A stretch of DNA of 63,742 nt, filler included, from Collodictyon triciliatum (GCA_043381765.1; 7 parts of 7 records of this genome joined end to end with filler, not necessarily neighbours in it); one strand, 5' to 3'; shown: positions 10,721 through 24,800, numbered from the whole stretch's first letter. Program-made: numbers and translations. Notes: generated by a model not told the origin, from the sequence alone.

Positions 10721-13710
10721 GGTAGTGCCACAGCAGAAGAAAAGTTCCAAGAAATAACAGCAGGTTTCTATTGATATCTGTCTTTATGAATCGCTACATT
10801 TTGGGTGAATGCTTTAAATAAAAGAATGACTGGTTATTCAGTTCCCATAGATTTTCTGTACAAAAAATACCCACTATGGGAATTTGAATAAATAATCATT
10901 CAATATAATCACTGATATCGATAATTATTACCACTCTTTAGCATACGATGTATTGATGGATGAAGAAAAGAGAAAATTATACGACCGCTTTGGAGAGGAA
11001 GGGCTGAAAGGAGGCGGAGGTCAGCGGCATTCAGACAATCCCTTTGGCATGCACTCATGGTGAGTTTATTATTTGGCTTATATATTTATACCTGCTCGTC
11101 TAATTACAGATGCCATACCAAGCTAAAGCAAACGAAGCCAAATCAATAACAATCATTCACTATTTTTATCTTGTATAAAAGATGATGGAAAAATTAACAA
11201 GTAAATATGAATATAAACAATACCCATTTTGTAGGCATTCTCACTTTGGAAACAATTTTCACAGTGGATGTATGATAATTATATTTTTATTTTCATATTG
11301 TCACCAAAGACGTCTGGATATATCAATTAAATGCGCAAATGATAGGAATAATAGTTTTGAATATTTCCTGATGTCTAATTTGTTACTGGAATGCCCACAC
11401 TAAATAGTTATAAATAAAGCCAATTTCCAAACCCTGTCTTTTTTTTTTTTTTTTGGGAAAGTCTACAATAACCACCACGGACATAATCATGCCGAGGGTA
11501 CAGAAAATGCAGGCGATATTTTATTGACATTGAAAATAAATCTAGAGACGGTCTTTAACGGAGGGATTCACAAGGTTTGTTATCCCGTACTTTTGAAAAT
11601 CTGCATATAGAATTGGAGAATAAACAAAAGACTCCGTTCTCCTATTGTTAATTTTGGATACACATTTTAATTTATCATTTCCTAAAATAGCACCTAGACT
11701 TTCTATATAGATTTTAATACTATCGAATAAAGGAAAAAAAAATATAGATTTTAATACTAATTCTCAAATAGTTTCTAGTCAACCGAAAAGTTGTGTGTCC
11801 GCTATGTCAGGGGAGTGGTGCGCAAAACAGAAAAGATATACAAAAATGTAGTGCTTGCCATGGTTTGCATAATATTACACAAAATTTTCAATAAAAGTAT
11901 AATACAAATACAAATACAAATACAAATACAAATACAAATACAAATACAAATACAAATACAAATACAAATACAAATACAAATACAAATACAAATACAAATA
12001 CAAATACAAATACAGAAACAAAAACAAAAACAGAAACAGAAACAGAAACAGAAACAAAAACAGAAACAAAAACAGAAACAAAAACAGAAACAAAAACAAA
12101 AACAAAAAACAAAAAACAAAAAAACAAAAAAACAAAAAAAAAAACAAAAAACAAAGAAAACACAAAGAAAACACAAAGAAAACACAAACAATCTCATATT
12201 GGATCTAAATTTGAATCAATAGAAAAGATTTCATAATCTATTGATTTAATTTTATATTTTCTGCATTTTTATTTTAAAATGACTATTTCTCTATTTTTTT
12301 TTTTTTTATTGAATTCAAACGGTGGCGGTGATGCATAGGACAAGGTCACAGGGTACTTCAGAAGCATCTCGCCCCAGGGTTTATCCAGCAGTATAGAATG
12401 ACGTATTTATTTGATATGATTTATTTAGAGATACAACTGAAATACTTAAATGTAATAGTTGTATTTTATACATTAGTTTTATTCTCTAGCAAAGTATTTC
12501 TTTCATTTATGTGTGTTTCATATAATTAGGTGTGATGTTTGCGGCGGAAGTGGAAAAGTATACAAGAGCAAATGCAGTGCGTGCGATGCAAAAAAAGTAA
12601 AATGAATTTTCAGAAAAACGGGCAAGATAGATGTTGCTTCATGACTTACACATATATGCTATTCTAAGGCTTATAGTACCATGAATATCGCCATATACAG
12701 CAGCATACTACGTTACTATTGTGTGTGTTTTTTTTTTGTTCTTAAAAAATACTACTTTTTTTTTTCCAGATTGTAGAACGAGAGGAAGAAGTGGTGATAA
12801 ATATCGAGCGTGGGTTTCCTGAAGGGCACAAAGTAAAGTTAGATGGAAAGGGACACGAGTTGCCTGACATCCCGTCTGGAAATCTACACATCAAACTAGA
12901 ATCAAAATCACATCCAAAGTATGAAAGACAGGGGAATAATTTGCTATATCGGATGAAAATAAACTTATTGGAGGTATTTATTAATACTTGTCAGTTATCG
13001 TTCTTTGTAAAAATAAGTAGACTTTTTTTAACCTTCTCAAATCTGTCACATGATTTTTATATGAAACTGTAGACCATTGATTAAGCCCGAAAAGAATATT
13101 CAATATAAATACCGCTTATGATACACGAAGCATAGCACCACATTCATGATGTAAATTTCATTGGACAGACATGTAATCAGTACAATATTTGAATTATATC
13201 ACATGGTCGTAGGCTTTGAATGGATTTTTACGAAGGATTAAACACTTGGATGGCAGTATACTTACTGTGGAGTCCGACAAAGTCACTTACCCAGGTCTGT
13301 ATTTCTTTTTGTTTGATTCAGAGCTGGTGTAATAAACTTTGCAATTTTATAATGTTAAGACAAACAACCTATCTTGCCGCATCACTTGTTGATTAAGCAT
13401 ATGTAGCGCGTTATTCAAAGCCAAGTAAATACAAATCAATTAAACGTTTTTGTAGGCGAGACTATGGTTTTTAAAGGAAAGGGATTGCCAGTATATACGA
13501 AAGTTCGCAAATTTGGAGATCTATATGTCCACTTTGATATTGAATTCCCAGAGGCACTAACTGAGGCACAAAAGCAAAGTAATTGAATTTTTTGACAAAA
13601 TACCTTTTTTTTTTCTAAAGATGTCTATATAATTGTATGAGGTATACATTTATTCAAAATGACTAATACATCAAAACCTACTAGCACTTAAAAAAGTTTT
13701 GAAACAATAA
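10721..13710 (+). CDS. Type I DnaJ/Hsp40 co-chaperone (Scj1/ERdj3-like), 5' exons lost in the gap
   Basis: J-domain end ([33 protein letters not shown]), four CxxC repeats ([32 protein letters not shown]), LAPGFIQQ, and C-terminal domain ([34 protein letters not shown]). All introns GT-AG and in phase. TAA at 13710. Confidence 0.92.
11901..12190. repeat. Compound (ATACAA)n-(CAGAAA/CAAAAA)n repeat in a DnaJ intron
   Basis: Read directly from the sequence. Confidence 0.95.
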
Positions 13711-13932
13711 TAACGGAGACGGAGTCAAATAGGGTCATAAACAATTAGAGATGTGGAAAGAACAAACCAAACACGTGCGCTTTACCCATAAATAAATATT
13801 TTTTCCATTAATTCATTTATTTGTCTTGAATGACGGTTTCCATAATTTATTTACACAGTGGTGCAGATTCATATGTACATCAAACGACTCAGCAGGACTT
13901 TAATCAAATGTAATGATAATGACCCTCGTGTG

Positions 13933-15073
13933 TCAAAGCGAATCAACCTCCTACATAAAACACGAATATTAGCAATCAACCCATTCATATAAACATGCAC
14001 CACCTTACAATGTCCTGCAGCACATGAGAAAGTCTCTCAGAGATGTCTGCATGCGAGAAATCATACGATATTTCCTTTGGGTTTACATATGTCTAAAGAG
14101 AGAAATATTTTTACTACTTACCATATAAAACAGGTCAAAAATACCCAAAAATACCCAAAAATACCCAAAAATACCCAAAAATACCCAATAATACCCCCAA
14201 AAAAGAAAAAAAAAGAAAAACAGAGCATAAAAAGACAAAAAATTTTTTATTTGGGATTGAATATTACAATAAGCTGACTTTCCAACCTCGCAGCGAGATA
14301 TTTAAGTCGATGTGTAATTTTTTTGTACTTTTTTGAGGAAGATTGCGCCTAATTCATATTTGTTAGCCATAATAAAGAGCCCAAAAAGGATTATTTTTTT
14401 TTTTTTAAAAAAAAAGTCCAGCCATTTGAAAGATAATATCTACCAATATTAGTAAAACGTACTCATCAAACCTGCTCTAAATCAAAAAGCAATGTTGCTT
14501 TATCTTTCAGATCCGGTTGGATAGCCTTTTCCATCGCGATGAGCTTGTTGTGGAGCTTTTGTTTTTAGACACACATCAGTATTTGTATGGCGATGAGCAA
14601 ATCACAAAAACGCTGGGTTCATTATGTACTATCCATACTTCCTCGTTCTTCCTCTTGTAAGGAATCAACTCCATTACTTTTTCCTTCTGTCTGTGCAAGG
14701 CAACTATATTGGAGATAGAAAGAAATCATGATTGAAGTAATGCCGGGGAAATTACATCAACATTCGTAAATTATATTTATCTAGAATTACTTGTTAAAAG
14801 CTCGATCAGTTGAGTCTTGGTTTCATCTTTTGGTCCGAATCTCACTGATGGAACTTATGAAATAGGGCACATAAATAAATACATAAATGCATAAATACAT
14901 ACATAAATAAATAATAACTAAAAGGAAAAGTAAAAAACCGAATCAAAGAAAATAAAAGACATCGTCAATATCCTTACTACATATAGGCTCGGGGAGCTCT
15001 TTGGAATGTCCCGTATCAAATTCATGGTTGGCAACACTAATTCCTTTTCGAGGACTTGGGTCTTTCATAGCCC
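13933..15073 (-). CDS. Hypothetical coiled-coil protein (about 7 exons); either a separate gene or the tail of the receptor kinase
   Basis: In-phase GT-AG chain: MKDPSPRK...EPIC|IPSVRFGPKDETKTQLIELLT|IALHRQKEK...NEE|LHNKLIAMEKAIQPDLK...EQ|AQSSSKKYKK...SQLI|TYVNPKE...QDI|EVDSL*. Confidence 0.5.
14137..14199. repeat. 10-bp (AAAATACCCA)n tandem repeat
   Basis: About 5-6 copies, read directly. Confidence 0.85.
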
Positions 15074-15177
15074 TGCGATGAGTTGAAAAAAAAATCATCG
15101 ATATATATATATTGATTTTTGTGGTATGCGACAAAATACATAGAAGTGAACGTAGAGAACAATAACAACAATACTAG

Positions 15178-15287
15178 TAATAAATAAATAGATAATAAAT
15201 AGATAATAAATAGATAATAAATAGATAATAAATAGATAATAAATAGATAATAAATAGATAATAAATAGATAATAAATAGATAATAAA
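15178..15287. repeat. 11-bp (AATAGATAATA)n tandem repeat
   Basis: About 9 copies, read directly. Confidence 0.9.
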
Positions 15288-15416
15288 ATATTCCAAATCT
15301 AAACCAAATTTCCAAATAATATTTATTAACGATAGAAACCACTTCACCAGGAAATTCACAAAAAGAATATCAATCGGTTACTAAACATCGAATCAATTGC
15401 AATCATTGATTCTCAC

Positions 15417-18400
15417 CTTTCCGTAATAAACTCTACGTTGGGTCTGCTCGTCGTATTTTGAGTTACACATTCCGAAATCAATACCCTGTAACTTTTATAT
15501 ATTAATTTTTGATTTTTTTTTATCATGACTCACAAAAACTATCAGTGTATTATTTTCGAATATAAGAATAACCATTTGAACACGTAGTCCCCTTAGCTCC
15601 GCATTGGCGACTGAGTTACTACTAGAATGCTCAAGTATAGATTTTGGCCATTTTGCATCATTAAGCTGGATTTGTGCTTCAATACAAAATCTATGACAAT
15701 TAAAAGTATAAAATCTACGAAATATAATTCATATGTATTATTTTAATTATAATCATATTTTAAGCATAAATCACACTTAATTGCCTGGAAGGCTTCTTGA
15801 AATGCTATTGAAAAAATTTCTCCGTCATTACGGCTTATATATCCTCCATACTTTCGGGCATACTAATTCAATTTTTCACGATATGAAAAAGAATTCGAAA
15901 TTACACTATGCTCCATATTTTGTACGCACTATGCTTAATATCTATAAATCGAAGATATCAATTACATCACGGATAATCGTGTTGTGAATGATGATGGCCT
16001 CTCCCATGTCCGCAGGAATATCATCCCATAGGCGCTCAGAGTCAGACACACAGGTACTAACTATAGATATATTGCCTTCTGGTGCATCTTGTTCATCCAT
16101 AATCTAAATGATGCACAAAAAGTTACAATGCAATAACGCATTTGAAATAATGCGATTTATCAAAAAAGAAAAAAAGAAAGTCTTACATCATAAGAAGACC
16201 TCGACGAGTTTCGGGCAGATTCGATAAGTTTCTGTTTTTACTTAGAAGATTAATAAACTAAAAAACAATAATCATCAAAATTTATTTCTCAACAATTACT
16301 CAAATTACTGATATCTTTTTTGATGACTCTTGAAATGTCGGTCGAGCATTCGGATCTTGGGCCCACAAATCATGGATTATAATCTGAATTTCATCAGGGA
16401 CACCAGTGGGCATTGTAGGGCGTAGTTGATTCATTACTACTTGTGTGGTAACCCCAAATACATTTTCTATTTCATAAAAGGGGTCTTTCCTGGACATGAT
16501 TTCCCATGCAATTATACCAAAACTGTAAACGTCAGCCTTTTCTGTATAATCTTTCCCTTGAATAACCTCTGGCGCAAGCCACAATAGACTTCCAATAAGC
16601 TCAGCAGAAATGGACGACCCTTTTATAGTAGTGAGACCAAAATCGCTACGTTTTTTAACTTTTAAAAAGGAAACCATTTTTTCTTGGGTTATACATATAA
16701 GGTATAGCAAGGAATATAAGAAAACTCACCTCACTTTTAATCGATTTCTATCGTCAGCCTAATAATATCTTGGTTAATTTTTTTGGATTACAGACAAAGT
16801 TAAAATATGCGCGATATTGGTTTGTCATTATAACCTAATATTCATTTATATTACCAGAATGTTCAAACTCTTCAAATCTCTGTGTATAATAGGCGGATTG
16901 GACATATGCAGATATTGCATACCTGATTTAATAATAACCATTTTACAAAGTCACTTTCATAAAAGACAGGTTCTCAAGAGCCATACCTTTAGATATATCA
17001 GACAGAAATTGCATCTTCTGATTAAGAGATATATATCTTTCACTGTGAAGGACACTGTAAAGGCTGCCTTGCTGCATAAACTCGCACACTAGACACAAGT
17101 TGTCTTTTTCGAAGCATGCGCCCATGTATAGGACAATATTTGGATGCCTCATTTCCCTTTTTATTATATGCTATTGAGTCAATATACAAAAATTGCTGCG
17201 TTGTTGTTTCAGAATGCTTTTCCTAGAACTTACACCATGATTGTTATTTCTCTCTTGAAAGATTCAACTTGCTCTTTATTTAGATGCCTCCGCGCAAGTA
17301 CTTTAACGGCAACTTCGGTTCCCCTCCATTCCCCTTTGAAAACCTGCAATTTCAGAACTTGATCATTTTCTTTTCATAAGATATCACTTCTATTCCTCAC
17401 GTATGACAGGAAAATTGCAAAAGGAGAATGAAGTCCACAGTTGAAGTAATCCGTCTACATTAAAACATGTGAATAAAAACATCACTTGGAAATAGTTGCC
17501 TTACCTCTCCGAAACTTCCGGCCCCAAGTAACTCTCCGCGTTCTAATTCATCCGAATCGATAACACCATAAAGCTTCTTTTCGGCCCCCTTAATATTTTC
17601 TAGCATTCTTTTTCGATACATTAGCCCCCAAAAACCACCAAAAAATACTAAACCTCCGACGGTACCTCCAATAATACCAAAATATGATATTGTTCCTGAG
17701 TCTCCTCCTAGGATACAATTGGAGCGACCGAGTTTTTTTTTTTTTAAAAAAAAGTGCGTTCACATGAATAATGCAAGAGAAGGAAAAACATTGTAAAATG
17801 AATAATTTAATTGATTTATTACTTGGTTCATCTTTCAAGCATTTATCCTACGTGAATGTCAATATTTTTTTTTTTAAAAAAAAGCTATAATCCATTCTGT
17901 CATGAAATCAAAATTTTCTTACCTGTTTAAACGAGAAGCCCATGTTACAAATACATGACTTGCTTTTCATATCCATGTAGGACTCGGATGGGCAATCTGT
18001 TAAGTGTAGATTTTTTCGGTGAAACTATTACATTAATAATTTAATTTACACCTGAAATTCAAAACGACTATAACTTAACAAGTGCGAGTAATATAAGATT
18101 AAAAGACAAACTTGCATGTGTTATGTTAAAGCCAAAACATTCAATACAAGGACTTGATAAAATTCTCTTGGAAGAACTCGTGGAAGTAAATTCAATTCTA
18201 AAACCGCTCTGGGATTTGTAGATTTTTTGTTTGATTAATGAACCAGTATCATCATAATTGACCACCTCCAAGGAATGACTATCCGACAAGGATGATACAT
18301 TCAACCTATAAAAATATAAATGCCTCATTATAGAAGCACATACACTCATGAGATAGTCATAATTACTACCGATACCTGTCTACAGTGCGAATACTTTCTT

Positions 18401-20628
18401 CAAGTATGATATAGGTCGCATTCGGTAAAATCCAAGAGCAATTTGTGTTCTCCAAATACATTCCATTTCCACTGCCATCGTCGAATGTACTCGCTTTTAA
18501 TTCACTTGATACATACTTTGGAACTGAAGTACAATAACCTCCAATGTTAAAATTTCAGATATGATTAGTATTCAATCTTGACGGGCTTATCCGTATCAAA
18601 CTGTTTGAATTACTTAAACTGATGAATGGCTTGAAGCGAATACCTGGTCTGTATGCAGTTACTTGATTGGTGACAGAATATCCATTAGTCCCTCCAAAAC
18701 TCACCAGCAACTCGCCTAATGATCCGCCAGCATGTTTGTAGACACTTTGATAGCTTGTTGGAGCAGTTGAAATCAATAAGTTTGACCAAATATTAAATTC
18801 TATTTATAAAATTAATACCTAAAATCAGTCAGTGAATAAAAAAGATTTATATTTGAACATATTAATATCCAGGGATGGCCTATTTTAACAGATTTAACCA
18901 TGCTGCAATCCAATAACAGAGCTGTGTCCTTTAGTGGGGTCAGTTCCATAAATCACCGAAAGTTTTTCAAATTCTCCACACGATTGATAAAAAAATGGGG
19001 GTAATTCTTTTGCATATTCCAATTTTCTCCACGTGGTATTTTCTGTGTGTACATATTATTTCGTTTAAAATTACAAAGAATATTTTTGAATACCTATAAA
19101 AGTTACAGCAATCAAGAATGTGAACTGCATACTTGTATCATATATCCACGCATCAGTTAGAATATTTCCAGAAAAATCGAATCCGCCATATAGCAGCATT
19201 CTTTCTTTGTCAACCGCACACAAACTGTGATAGAGCCGTCGAGCCTAAATCAATAATTTGCCAGTGGATATGATTGAATTATCAGGGACTAATAGAGAAA
19301 TGCGAGTATTTTTTTTTTGTACACGCCTTACAGGAATAGTTCCATTGATATTCCATGCGCTAATTGCATTATTTTTCATATCCACAAATATTGGAGCGGA
19401 GTAGAATTCGGCTCTTTTCACACCTGCAGCTGCCTAAATCACACATGACTTATATATTGGATGTACTACTCAACGAGCTATTTATAAAATAATAATAATA
19501 ATAAAAATTAGTGCATCCTTACCTGCCCTCCCCAAATCCAAGTTCCGTCCCCAATTTGGATTGATGCCACACCGTTTCGTAGGAATGGTCTTTGGTAGAT
19601 GGACAGTGTTTTTTTATACTCAAGAGATGCCCAAGACTTTAATTCTACGGTCAAGAATACATTAGGACTATGAAGTTAATCGAAGACTGAGAGCCGATGA
19701 AAAAAGAAAAAAGGAAAAAAGGAAAAAAGGAAAAAAGAAAAAAAGAAAAAAGAAAAAAGGAAAAAAGAAAAAAGGAAAAAAGGAAAAAAGGAAAAAAGGA
19801 AAAAGAAAAAAGAAAAAAGAAAAAAGAAAAAAGAAAAAAGAAAAAAGAAAAAAGAAAAAAGAAAAAAGAAAAAAGAAAAAAGAAAAAAGAAAAAAGAAAA
19901 ACCGAAATACGAATGGAGATTTACCCAGGTGATACTTCCAGACTTTCTCATCATAAATTCCAAGGTCAGTTCTACCACCTGAAATGTATATGTCACCCAG
20001 ATATAAAGACATGATTGCTCTAGACCTGGGGGACGGGCCTTGGTTAGAGGAACCAAATGACAGGCACGTCCAGTTGTGAGTCTCTGCCCATAGAAAAACA
20101 TATATGAATACCACATAATAAAGAAAAATATTCCACAAAATAAATTAAAGCCAACATCTCCACCATCCGGCACAAAATTGAAAGGAAAAATAAAAAATTC
20201 CACAAAGTATATTCAAGATTCAATTTGAGAACCAATATCGAAGGACCACAAGTCGTTTAGCAAAAGCTCGTCCATGTATTCAGTGGACCCGCCGAAAATT
20301 GCAAAAGTTGAATCAGTTATTCTTAGAAATCCAGGCTCGATTCGATGAATTGGTGACCTCACTGTCGATGTGTCTGACCACGTTCTGAGGTCTAAATCAT
20401 AGGATATTTACTCCACGTTGCAATAAGGAAAAAATCATGATAAAATCTTACCTGCATCCCAAGTCCATACATCATTGCTGACTATGTTGCTCTTACTTGC
20501 CCCACCAATGATAATCAGTGAATTATTAACCATAATAAAAGTGGAGCCATATTTTGGAGGTGGGAAGGACAGTGGGAGGGTTGGGTTACTTAGCCCATAA
20601 TTTTCTCGGTGAACTACTTGATACGAAG
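15417..20628 (-). CDS. Single-pass receptor kinase: Kelch repeats, CUB-like domain, Cys-rich/EGF-like segment, TM, TKL kinase, degenerate class III nucleotide cyclase domain (5' end lost in gap, 3' end uncertain)
   Basis: Kelch motifs (IIIGG..SNDVW, AIFGG..LNDLW, YISGG, SFGG). CUB-like FDDGSGNGMYLENTNCSWIL...GFRIEFTS. TM SYFGIIGGTVGGLVFFGGFWGLMYRKR. Kinase LGAGSFGEV, VAVK, MRHPNIVLYMGAC, HRDLKSLN, DFG, WLAPE, DVYSFG. Then APEGNISIVSTCVSDSERLWD...GGYISRNDGE...RGLRVQMGIDFG. Confidence 0.9.
19699..19901. repeat. Purine (GAAAAAA/GGAAAAAA)n repeat in a receptor-kinase intron
   Basis: Read directly from the sequence. Confidence 0.95.
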
Positions 20629-21873
20629 CTGATATTTTCTTTCGGTTATGACGCATTCACTTAATGATATTTTAAAATTGCATACACACATTTGAAAAAT
20701 GCAAAGCTAATAAACAAAACAAAAAACAAAACAAAAAACAAAACAAAAAACAAAACAAAAAACAAAACAAAAAACAAAACAAAAAACAAAACANNNNNNN
20801 NNNNNNNNNNNNNNNNNNNNNNNNNNNNNNNNNNNNNTTAATTAATTAANNNNNNNNNNNNNNNNNNNNNNNNNNNNNNNNNNNNNNNNNNNNTTTGTTT
20901 TTTGTTTTTTGTTTTTTGTTTTTTGTTTTTTGTTTTTTGTTTTTTGTTTTTTGTTTTTTTGTTTTTTGCTTTTTGTGGTGTCTTCAAGTTTGCTAAATGA
21001 TGCCAAGTAAGGCCGTTTCTTATTCTATTTGCGGAATATATGATATAAATGTGTTAAGCCCTTATTTCTCGGTGTTTAGCATTCAATATGTGAAATTTAT
21101 CGTATCTGCATGAATACATCAAATTCTGCGCACATAAATAAACGATGTACAATCTGCTAGGTGGAAAGGGACAGACAAAGGTGTCCAACAGCCGAGCCGC
21201 AAAAGTGAAAAGTGAGGCTTCGTCTTGCACTCGGCAAACTGACTGCCCGAGAAATTATCTGCTCGCTCGACACGGTTGGTTAGAAGCAAATGCGAGAGAA
21301 GAAAATAAAATAAATGAGAGGATAGAGAACACCTCAGAGTCTGCTCGTTTTGCAGCGTTGCAGAAAGTATGAAGTGAAAAAGCATCCAAATATCTGTGCT
21401 GCAACAGACCAGCCTCTCACAATAATGCGTGTCATGAATTACAGCTTTCTTGATTTTCACGGAGATATCATTTCTCAATCAGAACTTCATGCTATCAATA
21501 TTACATATAAAAGAAGGAGCGACGAAAGAACTCTCGGGAGCACGAGTTATCTACTGCTCCCAACCAAAGGAGAAAAAAAAATATGATGATTTCCTGGTAA
21601 TAGTCAAAAGCAAGCTGCCTAGATTGTGAAGAGTGAAAACAAAGTTCGAGCTCAAAATCGGTAACTGGTGCCACTTTTATTCATCGCTCATATTTCTCAG
21701 ATCGGTTATGGGACTCCTTTTTTTTCTTCCTGATTCTCGCCTCATCCTCTCTAATTTTCCCTGCTATAGGATGCGTAGTGTTTATAATCAATTAAATATC
21801 ATGACACATTTATGAAGGTAATATGGTTGCCGTTTGTAGGAAGTGGTACCTTCGTTTGACCCTTTTCTTCAAC

Positions 21874-24800
21874 TTACACAAACCTGGCCTGAAATTTAGA
21901 CACAGAAAATGGATCGCCAGGGATAGACTCTGCTTCCATGTCAAGGAACTCTTTTGTTGTCTTTGTGTCTTCCTTCAATATTACCTTAAATTCAAGAGGT
22001 AAGTTCTTTCTTTCTAGTTGCTCAATTAGATCGATAGAATTCCTTCCTTCTACCTCTAAGTGACTCTGTTCCACGCATAATTCTGTCATTTTGCCAATAT
22101 CTTCAAGTATTTCTGCGATTTCATCGACCTTAGGGCGTTTATTCGCATCAAAATTCCAGCAATCAGCGATTAAGGTCTTCATCTTGACCGGAAAAGAAGA
22201 ATGAAACTTTGGTAATATATGTTGAACCTTGCGAGCCATAATTGGTGCATATTTCAGTTTTTCATAAGGTCGTTTCCCTGTTACCATAGTCCAAAGGATC
22301 AACCCGAAAGAATAAACATCTCCAGCAGGTGCAATAACTCCCGCACTAATATATTCTGGTGCTGTGTAATGTGCAGTATCAAATATATCAACGAAGCACG
22401 ACAGTATTTGTCTTGTTTTATAAAGACCAAAGTCGCACAGTTTAGCTGTTCCATCGACCACAATAATGTTTTCAGGCTTAAGACTTCCATGTTCAATGGG
22501 TGGAACCTGGGAGTGCAAGTAATTCAGTCCCTTAATTACATCTATTGAGAAGGAAATGGTGCTTCCAATAGGCAGAGAATCAGTTCTTTGAATCAAATTC
22601 CATAAATTTTGAGTTTTTACATACTCCATAGCAAAAGACGCTTGGCTATTTTCATATATAAAGTTATACATTCGAATTATATTTTCATGTGGTGGAATTT
22701 TTATCAATCTTTCAGCCTCTGCAACAAAATTTTCGTAGTTTGGAGAATCTTTTGAAACCGTTACCCTGTATTTTTTCACCAAGAATATGAATCCGTGGTG
22801 ATTTGCTCTGTAAACGATTCTAAATTTATCTTCAAAAATCACGTCGCTTCTTTCATAGCTTTCACTTCTTAAATCTATTTTACTGCCATCCATAATATCA
22901 CCATCTGATAAAATAAAACTAACTTACTATTTTTGTATACAAATATGAAAAATAAAGAAATAAATAGTAATATGTCGATTATGCTGGGAAGTTTTTTACC
23001 TGGGGTAATAGTTTGATCATTAACATTCGCTGTCTTTTCTTTGATCTGTTCGAATTCTGCTCTTTGATGATTCCTGATTGCTTCACTTAGACTTTCTACG
23101 GTATCATCATTTGTTCGTTTACTCTCTTTGATAGATCTTGTTTCTCTTTTTTTTGTACCTTCGCTCTCTGGCAATTCTTGCTTGCGCATTTCAATTTCTG
23201 CCTTGCTTTGAATCTCTGCAGAGTCTACACCGTAGGTATTGATTTGATCATGATATTTTTGCTCTTTCTCTATCATAAGCAACCTGGGCTTGTCCGCGTG
23301 AGTTCGATAATGCTCGTCATTTTCTTCTTTATCTTTAAATGTCAACTGAATTTCTTTCTTTTCTTCTTTGTTTTCAACTCTTAAACTTTGGCGTTGTTCT
23401 GAATCTGGATTATTTTGAGAACTTGAATCATCCAACTCCACAGCGGCGGGCAATATTTTCTTACCAATATATAATTCTTTTTCGTTTGGTGTTTCTGACT
23501 TAATTTGTATTATGGGTTCTTTGGTTTGTTCTTTGCAATCAAAATGTATCTTATTTTGAGTTAATTTCCATTCTATTTGATTTAAATCATCGATGTCAAG
23601 TGATTCTTTGTGTCTTTCTTGTCTTTCTCCTTTCAAAGCATCGATAATGTGCTCATTTTCCATCCCTTTGTCCTTCAAAGCATTAACGTCTTTAAAAGAC
23701 TGATTGTATGCACCGTCATCATTATCCTCAAGAAAATTTGTATCCATTCCGATTAGTTGTTCTTTTTTGACAATCTCTTGCTCGGGACGATGTAATACGT
23801 ACGTTTTTTCCCCTTCTATATCATCCTGTTCTTCTAGGATAATATTGCAATTTCCTTTCAATTTCTGTTCAATTTCATTCCCTCTATGCTCCAGCATCTG
23901 TAATTTAACCATCATGTTTTGTTCTTCGGCATATGAATTTTGCTTTAGAATTTGAATTGCTTGCTGATTCTCTTCCTCTTTAAGTTTTATTTCTTTAATA
24001 TCCATCATTATTTGATTTTGTTTCTCTTGTAATTTCTTTTTTAGAAATTCTATTTCAAGTCTTCTCTCTTGCTCCTTACGTTCGATCTCATTAACTTTCT
24101 TCATAATTTGCTCTTCTTTTTCAGTTTTTTTCAATCTCAGATTGATTATTTCCAATTCCATTAGCTTCCGTGTCTCTTCTTTTTGTTTTGTTATTGACTC
24201 GGTGTCTTGATCTCTCTTGTTTTCCCTTTCTGATTCTTCATGTTTCATGGATTCAATATTGAGCCATTTTTTATGCTCTAATTCCTTCTCTTTCAGCTTT
24301 ATCTCCTCTATCTTTTGTTTTGTATCCCTCTCGTTCCGGTAAAACGCCTCTATTTCCATGGACGATTGGTTTTCTAATTCCATTTCTTGTTTTTTCAAAA
24401 TTTCTATTTCATTAAGTCTCTCCTGTTCTTTTCTTCTCATAAATTCCATTTCTAAAAACAATTGATAGTAGATTTCATTTTCTTGATGCTCATCAACTAC
24501 AATATCTGTTTCTATGTGTTGTTCTATTTTTGGGAATTTTTCCTTTTCGTATCGTTTTTCATCTTCTCTTGGAATCCCAATTTTTGTAATGATTGCGTGT
24601 GCTCTACTCACTTGTATTTCTCTTTCGATTATGCTCTGGTGAAGGAGTCCAATTTCCCTTTGTATTTGAAATTTTCTGTCATCACTTTGTTTCCTTAATG
24701 TTTCAATCAAACCCTGTCTTTCTTTTTCAATTTGTTGGAGATTCATTATCTCTCCTCTAATTTGCTGTTCTTTGTCTTCCTGTTGCCTTTTCATAATTTC

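Noticed and set aside
14137..14199. (TTTTGGGTAT)n and GGTTC(T)n as interstitial telomeric repeats
   Set aside because: The units match no telomere motif I can support, and they lie in introns among many unrelated repeats.
21119..21815. Short ORFs downstream of the pseudokinase, and at 38100-38900 and 46922-47342
   Set aside because: No conserved motif and no unambiguous in-phase exon chain could be built.
22875..22999. Hydrophobic C-terminus of the 1877-aa ORF as a TM anchor, and its overlap with the kinase ORF as a programmed frameshift
   Set aside because: A phase-1 GT-AG intron (22999-22905) removes this segment and joins the two ORFs in frame.
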